DNA of 64,000 nucleotides from the NCBI GenBank assembly GCA_031416315.1, contig JANOTL010000098.1:29857-93856 (forward strand), given 5' to 3'. The notes under the pieces were generated by a model that was not told the DNA's origin, searched no databases, and worked only from the letters and a program-made list of their open reading frames with translations. The position numbers and the translations under genes are program-made. Below are positions 1 through 7,396 of this stretch, in pieces (positions within the stretch are counted from its first letter, which is position 1; the number at the start of each line of letters is the position of its first letter). This stretch comes from Pseudomonadota bacterium (GTDB taxonomy: Bacteria; Bdellovibrionota_B; Oligoflexia; Oligoflexales; CAIYRB01).

Positions 1-1
1 C

Positions 2-1456
2 GACATCGGCAACAGCGAGGTCGGCCACAACGCCCTCGGCGCCGGGCGGATCTTCGCCCAGGGCGCGAAGCTTGTGCAGCTCGCCATCCAGAACGGCAGC
101 CTTTTCCAGAGCGAGGCCTGGCGAGCGAGCGTCGGCCGCGCGCGGCCGGGCAAAGGCACGCTGCACTTCCTCGGCCTCCTCTCCGACGGCAACGTGCACA
201 GCCACGAGGATCATCTCTACGCGATGCTTCGCGCCGCGAAGCGCGACGGCGCGGTCCGCGTACGGGTCCACGCCCTCCTCGACGGCCGCGACGTCGGCGA
301 GCGTTCGGCGGAGATCTACGTCGACCGCCTCGAGCGCGTGATGGCCGAGCTGCGCTGCGACACGTTCGACGTCCAAGTCGCGAGCGGCGGCGGCCGCATG
401 CAGATCACGATGGACCGCTACAACGCCGACTGGCGGATGGTCGAGCGCGGCTGGCACGCGCACGTCCTGGGCCAAGGCCGGCAGTTCCCGTCTTTGCCCG
501 CGGCGATCGCGGCGTTCCGCGAGGACCCGAAGCTCACCGACCAATACCTCCCGAGCTTCGTCGTCGCCAAGGGCGGAGTCCCCGTCGGCACGATCGGGGA
601 CGGCGACGCCGTCGTTCTCTTCAACTTCCGCGGCGACCGCGCCATCGAGATCTCGCGCGCCTTCACCGAGGAGCACTTCGCCCCCTTCCACCGTGGCCCG
701 CGCCCCGACGTCTTCTACGCCGGCATGATGCAATACGACGGCGACCTGCAGATCCCGCAGCACTACCTCGTCGAGCCGCCCGCGATCGACCACACGCTCT
801 CTGAGTATCTGCTCGAGTTCGGCGCGCGCCAGCTCGCTTGCAGCGAGACGCAGAAATTCGGGCACGTCACGTTCTTTTGGAACGGCAACCGCAGCGGGTA
901 TCTCGACCCGACGCGCGAGGAATACGTCGAGATCCCCTCCGACCGCGACATCACCTTCGACGAAAGGCCGGAGATGAAGGCGAAGGAGATCGCCGACGTC
1001 GCCATCGACCGCATGCGCCGCGCCACCTTCGACTTCGGCCGCATCAACCTCGCCAACGGCGACATGGTCGGGCATACCGGCAATCTCGCGGCCGCGATCA
1101 CTTCGGTCGAGGTCGTCGACCGCGAGGTCGGCCGCCTGGCAAAGGTCGCCGCGGAGACCGGGACGACCCTGATCATTACCGCCGATCACGGCAACGCCGA
1201 CGAGATGTTCGACGAGAAGGAGAAGGACTTCCCCAACTGGGAAAAGGCGGCGCCCGCGCCCGGGACGCTGCGGCCGAAGACGGCGCACACATTGGCGCCG
1301 GTTCCCTGTTATCTGATCGGGCCTGGCATGCACCGATTCGCGCTGACGAACGCCGAGCCGCGCACGCTCGGCAACGTCGCGGCCACGGCGATCATGCTCC
1401 TCGGTTTGCCGCGGAACCCGCTCTTCCTGCCGAGCCTGGTCGAGGCTAAACCTTGA
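2..1456 (+). CDS. gpmI: 2,3-bisphosphoglycerate-independent phosphoglycerate mutase (5'-truncated by window edge)
   Basis: Frame open from position 2 (DIGNSEVGHNALGAGR, catalytic Ser motif); LSDGNVHSH, DGRD, NFRGDR, ETQKFGHVTFF, NGDMVGHTG and ADHGNA motifs. Confidence 0.97.
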   Translation, partial: DIGNSEVGHNALGAGRIFAQGAKLVQLAIQNGSLFQSEAWRASVGRARPGKGTLHFLGLLSDGNVHSHEDHLYAMLRAAKRDGAVRVRVHALLDGRDVGERSAEIYVDRLERVMAELRCDTFDVQVASGGGRMQITMDRYNADWRMVERGWHAHVLGQGRQFPSLPAAIAAFREDPKLTDQYLPSFVVAKGGVPVGTIGDGDAVVLFNFRGDRAIEISRAFTEEHFAPFHRGPRPDVFYAGMMQYDGDLQIPQHYLVEPPAIDHTLSEYLLEFGARQLACSETQKFGHVTFFWNGNRSGYLDPTREEYVEIPSDRDITFDERPEMKAKEIADVAIDRMRRATFDFGRINLANGDMVGHTGNLAAAITSVEVVDREVGRLAKVAAETGTTLIITADHGNADEMFDEKEKDFPNWEKAAPAPGTLRPKTAHTLAPVPCYLIGPGMHRFALTNAEPRTLGNVAATAIMLLGLPRNPLFLPSLVEAKP

Positions 1457-2226
1457 GCGGCGCGCACCAGGCATTCGCCGACTTCATGCGGACGATCGCG
1501 GCGCTCAGGCATCCGACCACCGGCTGTCCGTGGGACCGAGAGCAGAATCATCGGACGCTCCGCCGTTACATGCTCGAGGAAGCGTACGAGGCCGCCGATG
1601 CGATGAGCGCAGGCGATCCCCGTGCGATTTGCGACGAGCTCGGCGACGTGCTTCTCCAGGTCGTTCTCAACGCGCAAATCGCGAGCGACGAAGAGACCTT
1701 CACGCTCGAGGACGTGATCCGCGGCATCGACGAGAAGATGGTCCGGCGCCATCCGCACGTCTTCGGCGGCGCGGCCGGCAAGTGGGAGGAGATCAAGGCC
1801 GCGGAGAAAAAGGCCCTGCCGCCGAAGGCCGCCGGCACCTTCGCCGAGGCCGAAAAAAAGAGCCCGGCCTCGGCGCAGGCGGTGAAGATCGGCAAGATCG
1901 CCAAGACGATCAAGTTCGACTGGGATCATCCGACCGAAGTCCTCGCGCAGTTGAAGTCCGAGCTCGTCGAGCTGGAGGCGGAGTTCGCGCGAAAGGAGTT
2001 CGACGCGGCGAAGACGGCGGCAGAGCTCGGAGACGTCTACTTTTCCTTGGCGCAGCTGTGCCGGCATTTGGATTTGGATCCGGAGACCGTTGCGATGGAC
2101 GGCAATAAAAAGTTCCTGCGGCGGTTTGAGAAGCTTGAAGGGATTGCGGGGGCGAAGGGGAAAGTGGTGGCCGCGATGGCGCGGGATGAGCTGGAAGCGC
2201 TGTGGGCGGAAGCGAAGAAGCCCTAG
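1453..2226 (+). CDS. mazG: Nucleoside triphosphate pyrophosphohydrolase MazG
   Basis: GCPWDREQ, EEAYE, ELGDVLLQV, KMVRRHPHVF, second ELGD and KFLRRF motifs; TTGA overlap with gpmI. Confidence 0.95.
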   Translation: MSGAHQAFADFMRTIAALRHPTTGCPWDREQNHRTLRRYMLEEAYEAADAMSAGDPRAICDELGDVLLQVVLNAQIASDEETFTLEDVIRGIDEKMVRRHPHVFGGAAGKWEEIKAAEKKALPPKAAGTFAEAEKKSPASAQAVKIGKIAKTIKFDWDHPTEVLAQLKSELVELEAEFARKEFDAAKTAAELGDVYFSLAQLCRHLDLDPETVAMDGNKKFLRRFEKLEGIAGAKGKVVAAMARDELEALWAEAKKP

Positions 2227-2228
2227 AC

Positions 2229-2257
2229 GTCTCTGCGTCCTCTGAGGACGCAGAGAC
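2229..2257. repeat. Perfect 14-bp inverted repeat between convergent mazG and rpsT
   Basis: GTCTCTGCGTCCTC-T-GAGGACGCAGAGAC. Confidence 0.8.
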
Positions 2258-2260
2258 CGC

Positions 2261-2296
2261 AAAATGGAAAGGGGACCCTCTCGTCGAGGATCCCCT
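2261..2296 (-). terminator. Rho-independent terminator of rpsT
   Basis: Minus strand GGGGATCCTC-GACGA-GAGGGTCCCC followed by TTTCCATTTT. Confidence 0.7.
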
Positions 2297-2355
2297 GGGC
2301 AGATGCAGACTCAGCAGTGAGCCCGCCCTTCGCAAGGCGGACCCGTAGGCCAAAG

Positions 2356-2811
2356 TTACTTTTTGGCTTTCGGCTTGGGAGCAGCTTTGGGCGCCGCTTC
2401 CTTCTTCGCGGCGGCCGGCTTGGCGGCGGCCGGCTTGGCGGCGGCAGCGGCCGGCTTGGCGGCGGCTGCGGGTTTCGCCTTGGCGACGCCGGCCTTCTTC
2501 TTCGGCGGGGTGGCCGAGGGGGCGACGAAATTCGCGTCGAGCGTCTTCAGCAGCGCCGAGAGGCGGCCGATCTTACGCGAGGCGTTGTTCTTGTGGATGA
2601 TGCCTTTGTTGGCCGCTTTGGCCAAAAGCCCTTGGGCTTTGACGAACATCGGGTTGACCGTGCTCTTCTCGATCGTGCCGGCGGCGGCGCTCGAGACGGC
2701 GAGACGCAAGCGTTTCACGGCCGTGCGGACGGCGGTGAGGTACTGGCTGTTGCGCACGTTCGCGCGGTTGTTGCGACGGATGCGCTTGATGGCCGACTTG
2801 TGGTGTGCCAC
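2356..2811 (-). CDS. rpsT: 30S ribosomal protein S20 with Ala/Lys/Pro-rich C-terminal tail
   Basis: MAHHKSAIKRIR, RN...RTAVK and KGIIHKNNASRK motifs; GTG start; about 50-aa AKPAAAA tail. Confidence 0.96.
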   Translation of the reverse strand: MAHHKSAIKRIRRNNRANVRNSQYLTAVRTAVKRLRLAVSSAAAGTIEKSTVNPMFVKAQGLLAKAANKGIIHKNNASRKIGRLSALLKTLDANFVAPSATPPKKKAGVAKAKPAAAAKPAAAAAKPAAAKPAAAKKEAAPKAAPKPKAKK

Positions 2812-2906
2812 TGCTGATGACCCTCTCTGTTCGGGGCGAGATGCCTTCCGAGTGAAACCCTGCTCTTACAGCGCCCGGCGCGGAAAGGCAAGCCTCGGGA
2901 TCATCC

Positions 2907-3470
2907 CTACGGCCTGAATGCCATGGAGAGCGCGAGCCCGCGGGTGAGGCCGGTGTTCGCCGCACCCGTCCGGAAGCCCCGCCCGGAGGTCGCCGCGACC
3001 GCGTCGAGGCGGCCTTGGTGCCAGCCGACGAAGCCGCCCCAGGAGATCGTGAGACGCTCGGCGGCGTATGTGCGCCGCTCCCAGCCCAACATGACCCCGT
3101 AACCTGAGGATTTGTAGGTGCGCTCGCCGCCAGCGTCCAAAGCGCTCTCGCTGAAGCGCGAGAGTGCCATCTCGACGGCGACCTTCTCGGTGGCCCGGTA
3201 GCTCGCGTAGGGGCCGACGCCGAGCCGGTAGTATTCGGAGGAGGAGCCGCGGCCGCCCTGCATCATCGTGCGCATGCCGGCCGCGACATCGCCTCTGAAA
3301 CGGCGGGCGAGGTCGAAGTAGGCGAGGCTGCCTCCGACGTTGTCGAAGCCCGTCGTCGTGCGTTGGGCGACCGCGTAGCCGACGTGCGCGCCGCTTTCCC
3401 AGCCTTCGTAAGCGAGGGCTCGCGGGGCGAGGAGGATCACGACGGCGATGAGGAGAGTTTGGTAGCGCAT
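2907..3470 (-). CDS. Hypothetical secreted protein, probable small outer-membrane beta-barrel
   Basis: Signal peptide (ALA cleavage), alternating Gly/aromatic beta-strand pattern. Confidence 0.6.
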   Translation of the reverse strand: MRYQTLLIAVVILLAPRALAYEGWESGAHVGYAVAQRTTTGFDNVGGSLAYFDLARRFRGDVAAGMRTMMQGGRGSSSEYYRLGVGPYASYRATEKVAVEMALSRFSESALDAGGERTYKSSGYGVMLGWERRTYAAERLTISWGGFVGWHQGRLDAVAATSGRGFRTGAANTGLTRGLALSMAFRP

Positions 3471-3476
3471 GCCGAG

Positions 3477-3503
3477 GAATCGGCGCGGGCTGACGAAACT
3501 TTA
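3477..3503 (-). promoter_or_regulatory. sigma28/FliA-type promoter upstream of the 2907-3470 gene
   Basis: Minus strand TAAAGTTT-N11-GCCGATTC, close to the extended sigma28 consensus TAAAGTTT-N11-GCCGATAA; ATG 6 nt downstream. Confidence 0.7.
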
Positions 3504-3550
3504 GACGGCAAGTTTTGCCGGGCCGCTCCCGCCTGCCGCGCGGGGCCATG

Positions 3551-3578
3551 AAAAAGGCCCTCTTGCGAGGGCCTTCTT
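3551..3578 (-). terminator. Rho-independent terminator of the rpsR-rpmB-small ORF operon
   Basis: Minus strand AAGGCCCTC-GCAA-GAGGGCCTT then TTT; GNRA loop. Confidence 0.85.
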
Positions 3579-3580
3579 AC

Positions 3581-3712
3581 TTACTTCTTCTTCTTCGCCG
3601 GCGCGGCGGCCGCCTTCGCGGCCTCGATCTTCTTGGCGATGCGGGCTTTTTTCTTCCGCCATGCCTTGCGCTGACGCATTTTCAGGGAACAACGATTGTC
3701 TGCGCGACCCAT
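3581..3712 (-). CDS. Uncalled 43-aa Lys/Arg-rich protein, candidate small ribosomal protein
   Basis: MGRADNRCSLKMRQRKAWRKKKARIAKKIEAAKAAAAPAKKKK; SD AAGGGA; starts 12 nt after rpmB stop; ends at terminator. Confidence 0.8.
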   Translation of the reverse strand: MGRADNRCSLKMRQRKAWRKKKARIAKKIEAAKAAAAPAKKKK

Positions 3713-3724
3713 GATTGATTCCCT

Positions 3725-3952
3725 TCAGGTTTGCTTGGTGCCGAACTTACGCACGAACGCGTCGACGCCGATCTTGGTGATCGTCCGGATCGCGGAGGTG
3801 CTGACGCGCAGCGAGATGAAGCGCTTCGTCGTCTCGCTCCAGAAGCGTTTCTTCTGGAGGTTCGGCAAGAAGCGGTGGTTGGTCTTGATGTTGGAGTGGG
3901 ACACGCGGTGGCCCACTTGCACGCCTTTTCCAGTCAGGCACTTACGAGACAT
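3725..3952 (-). CDS. rpmB: 50S ribosomal protein L28
   Basis: MSRKCLTGK...[19 protein letters not shown]...LRVST. Confidence 0.97.
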   Translation of the reverse strand: MSRKCLTGKGVQVGHRVSHSNIKTNHRFLPNLQKKRFWSETTKRFISLRVSTSAIRTITKIGVDAFVRKFGTKQT

Positions 3953-3955
3953 CGA

Positions 3956-4432
3956 TCAATCCTCCCCGCCGTCGTCGCGATCACGACCCCGGCCGCCGCC
4001 GCGCGGTCCGTCGTCACGATCGTCTCCGCCAAAGCCGCCGCCGCCTTCGCCGTCGCCGTCGTCACGGTCGCGCGGGAACGGACGGTCGCCGAAGCGTCCA
4101 CCGCCCGGGCCACCCATGCGGGGCGCGTCGCGGAAGCCGCCGGCGTTGGCCGCGGCCATCTCACCGGCGAAGCCGCGCTCCGGACGGTGCGAGACCGCCA
4201 CGGGCAGGAGCGCCAGGTAGCGCGCGCGCTTGATCGAGAGCGTGATGTCGCGCTGCTGCGCTGCGGTCGCACCGGAGATGCGGCGCGGGATGATCTTGCC
4301 GCGATCGGTGATGAAACGCTTCAGCGTGTCGGGTTTTTTGTAGTCGATGGCGATCGACGGATCCAGCGTGCGCTTGCGGCGCAGCATGAAACGACGGCGC
4401 TTCTTCTTGGTCGCTTTCGAAGGAATGGGCAT
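3956..4432 (-). CDS. rpsR: 30S ribosomal protein S18 with Gly/Arg/Asp-rich C-terminal tail
   Basis: IDYK...[18 protein letters not shown]...QQR...[11 protein letters not shown]; about 75-aa low-complexity tail. Confidence 0.96.
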   Translation of the reverse strand: MPIPSKATKKKRRRFMLRRKRTLDPSIAIDYKKPDTLKRFITDRGKIIPRRISGATAAQQRDITLSIKRARYLALLPVAVSHRPERGFAGEMAAANAGGFRDAPRMGGPGGGRFGDRPFPRDRDDGDGEGGGGFGGDDRDDGPRGGGRGRDRDDGGED

Positions 4433-4632
4433 GAGTTCTTTCCGAGCCTCTAATGGAGGAAATGTCGTTTCACAGGGAGCCGCGCTTCAGACACATTCCA
4501 TCTGAAATCGGCCGTGGTTTTGGCTTAGGTCCCCAAACCCTGCGAGAGCCCGGAAACGTATCCCAAAGGGGCTCGATCCGGCAACATGAAACGAGTAAGA
4601 GGGAATGCCTCCGCGGAGCACTTCACTAATAT

Positions 4633-6897
4633 ATGCACGAGCTCGACGTCGCCGTTCCGACGCCCCTGGCGCAAACCTTCACCTACACTGCAGAAATTGC
4701 GGTTTCGGCAGGGACGCGCGTCCTGGTTCCCTTCGGCAAGCGGCGGCTGGTGGGCGTCGTCTTGGGAGCCGCCGGGGCGACCGACCCCGGGCAGAAGCTG
4801 AAGGCGATCGAGCACGTGATCGACGAGGCCCCGGTCTACAGCCCCGTGGTCCTGGAGATCGCAAAGTGGATCAGCACCTACTACTTCCACCCCATCGGCG
4901 AGGTGCTCCGGACCATGCTGCCGGCGAGCGCGACGAAGGTGGTCGACGAGACCTACGTGCTCACCGAGAAAGGGAAAGCCGCGCGGGCCGAGGGGCACGC
5001 CTTGAAGAAAGTCTTCGCGCGGAAGGACGAGCTGACCGCGGCGACTTTGAAGGCGAAGCTGAGGAAGCTGCCCGAGGCGCCGCCCTTGAAGGAGATGTTG
5101 AAGGCGGGGCTTCTGTCGAAGACGCGGTCGACCTCGATGCGCGCGCGAGCGGAAGAGGGTTTTGCCCCGGCGGAAAAGGGCGAGGCGGCCGAGATCGTGA
5201 TGCCGACGCTGACGGCGACGCAAGCCGAGGTCACGGCCACTTTGATCCGCGAAGGCCTGGATTTCGACGGCACCCCGAAGCCCTTCCTCCTCCACGGCGT
5301 CACCGGCGCCGGCAAGACCGAGGTCTACCTGCGCACGATCGCGGCGACCCTCGAGCGCAGCCCCGAGGCGCAAACCTTGGTGCTCGTCCCGGAAATCTCG
5401 CTCACCCCGCAGATGACCCGCGTCTTCGAGCGCCGCTTTCCCGGGCGCGTCGCGGTCGTCCACTCCGCCTTGAGCGACCCCGATCGCTGGGCCGCGTTGA
5501 GCCGGATCCGCAAGGGCGAGGCGTCGATCTTGATCGGCCCGCGCTCGGCGGTCTTCGGCCCGTTCCGGCAGCTCTGCCTCATCCTCGTCGACGAGGAGCA
5601 CGACGGCTCCTACAAGCAGACCACCGGCCTCCCCTACAACGGCAGAGACGTCGCCGTCCTCCGCGGTAAGCTCGAGGGCGCGACCGTCGTCCTCGGCAGC
5701 GCCACGCCCTCGATGGAAAGCTACCAGAACGCGCTCACCGGGCGGTACAGCCTCCTCGAGCTGCCGGAGCGCGCCACCGGCCGCCCGCTACCCACCGTCT
5801 CGATCGTCGAGGCCGACAAGACGGCGAAGTTCGGCTCCCTCGTCAGCCGCCGCGGCCCCGCAGGACCTGCGATGCAGGGCGAGCCGGAGATCCCGATCGA
5901 CCCGCGGGTCGTCTTGGCCCTGCGCGACAACCTCGCCCGAAAACAGCAGTCGATCGTCCTGGTGAATCGTCGCGGCTACGCCTTCTACCTCTTTTCGCTG
6001 GAGAAGAAGAAGGCGGTGCAATGCCCGCAGTGCAGCATCAGCCTCACGCTCCATGCGCGAAGCGCAGTCTTGCGTTGCCATTACTGCGACTACGCGACGA
6101 CGACCGAGAAGCTGACGCGCGAGCGACCGGACGAGACCTTCATTGCGGTGGGCTACGGCAGCCAAAAGGCCGAAGACGCGGTGACGCGGATGGTTCCCGG
6201 CGCGCGCGTCGTGCGCATCGACTCCGACTCGGTGAACGAGCGCGACTTCCTGCCGAAGACCCTGAACGCCTTTCGCGACGGCGAGATCGACATCCTGGTC
6301 GGCACGCAGATCCTGGCGAAGGGCCACGATTTCCCGAACGTCACGTTGATCGTCATCCTCGAGGTCGACCAGCTCCTCGATCTCCCGGATTTCCGCGCCG
6401 GCGAGCGCACCTTCCAGCTGCTCGTCCAGGCCTCCGGCCGCGCCGGCCGCGCGGAGCTCGCGGGCGAGGTCCTCGTGCAGACGATCCGCGCCGGGCATCC
6501 TGTCGTGGCGACGGCGCTTCGCCAGGACTTCAAGGCGTTTGCAGCGGCCGAGCTGCAGTTCCGCCAGCAGCACTGCTACCCGCCGTTCGCGCGCATGATC
6601 GCGATCGAGCTCAACGGCGAGGAGAAGCCGCGGCTCGACGAGCTCTGCCGCCGCATCGAAGGCTGGATAGAGCAGATGGCGGCCCTGCGCCCCGACCTCG
6701 TCCAAAAAGTGCGGATCCTGGGCCCCGCCGTGCCGCCGATCGAGATGGTCCGCCGCCGCCATCGCCGCTCCCTCATTTTCTGCGCGACCGACACGGCCGC
6801 TCTGCGCCAGCTGGCGCAGCACTTTCTCACCGCCTTCCAAAAACTCCCGGCTGACGTGCGTCTGAAGATCGACGTCGACCCGCAAAGTCTCATTTAG
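4633..6897 (+). CDS. priA: Primosomal protein N' (replication-restart helicase)
   Basis: VLVPFG, LLHGVTGAGKTEVY, LVPEISLTPQ, DEEHD, LGSATPS, NRRGY, GTQILAKGHDFP, GRAGR, YPPF and DVDP motifs. Confidence 0.97.
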   Translation: MHELDVAVPTPLAQTFTYTAEIAVSAGTRVLVPFGKRRLVGVVLGAAGATDPGQKLKAIEHVIDEAPVYSPVVLEIAKWISTYYFHPIGEVLRTMLPASATKVVDETYVLTEKGKAARAEGHALKKVFARKDELTAATLKAKLRKLPEAPPLKEMLKAGLLSKTRSTSMRARAEEGFAPAEKGEAAEIVMPTLTATQAEVTATLIREGLDFDGTPKPFLLHGVTGAGKTEVYLRTIAATLERSPEAQTLVLVPEISLTPQMTRVFERRFPGRVAVVHSALSDPDRWAALSRIRKGEASILIGPRSAVFGPFRQLCLILVDEEHDGSYKQTTGLPYNGRDVAVLRGKLEGATVVLGSATPSMESYQNALTGRYSLLELPERATGRPLPTVSIVEADKTAKFGSLVSRRGPAGPAMQGEPEIPIDPRVVLALRDNLARKQQSIVLVNRRGYAFYLFSLEKKKAVQCPQCSISLTLHARSAVLRCHYCDYATTTEKLTRERPDETFIAVGYGSQKAEDAVTRMVPGARVVRIDSDSVNERDFLPKTLNAFRDGEIDILVGTQILAKGHDFPNVTLIVILEVDQLLDLPDFRAGERTFQLLVQASGRAGRAELAGEVLVQTIRAGHPVVATALRQDFKAFAAAELQFRQQHCYPPFARMIAIELNGEEKPRLDELCRRIEGWIEQMAALRPDLVQKVRILGPAVPPIEMVRRRHRRSLIFCATDTAALRQLAQHFLTAFQKLPADVRLKIDVDPQSLI

Positions 6898-6907
6898 AGG
6901 TCTCCTC

Positions 6908-7396
6908 GTGACGCGCCGTGCTCTCATCGTCCTGTCGTTCGCAATCCTCTTCTCTAGCGGCCTCACCGGGTGCAGCGCCTTGCGCCGGGTGCGCGCGTGG
7001 CTCACGCCGCCGCAGGTGGCGCCTGCGATTTGGTGGAAGGACCTCGTCGGCACGGCCTTGCCCGAGCCGCTTTCGACGCTCGGGTCGCGCACCTGGGTCT
7101 GGGTGTTTCCGCCGCTGGAGGCGCATTACGCGAGGATGAAGCTCACGGCGGAGGCCGCGACCTATTTCGCGAAGGCCCTGCCGCTCACGACGTGGAGCGC
7201 GGTGGAGAGCGTGCTCGTCGCCTCGGAGCCGGATCGAGGGGCGATGCCTTTCTGGACGCCGGAGGCACGGGCGGGGGTCATGCGCGTTTTCGGCGGCGCG
7301 CGGCTCGATGCCGGCGGTCATGAGTGGCTGGTCTACGCCTTGCTCGACGACGAGCGAGCGGAGGTCTATCTCAGCGCTTTGGAGGTGAAGGAGTGA
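6908..7396 (+). CDS. Hypothetical lipoprotein
   Basis: Signal peptide with lipobox LTGC; lies between priA and the SNF2 gene and overlaps the latter (GTGA). Confidence 0.65.
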   Translation: MTRRALIVLSFAILFSSGLTGCSALRRVRAWLTPPQVAPAIWWKDLVGTALPEPLSTLGSRTWVWVFPPLEAHYARMKLTAEAATYFAKALPLTTWSAVESVLVASEPDRGAMPFWTPEARAGVMRVFGGARLDAGGHEWLVYALLDDERAEVYLSALEVKE

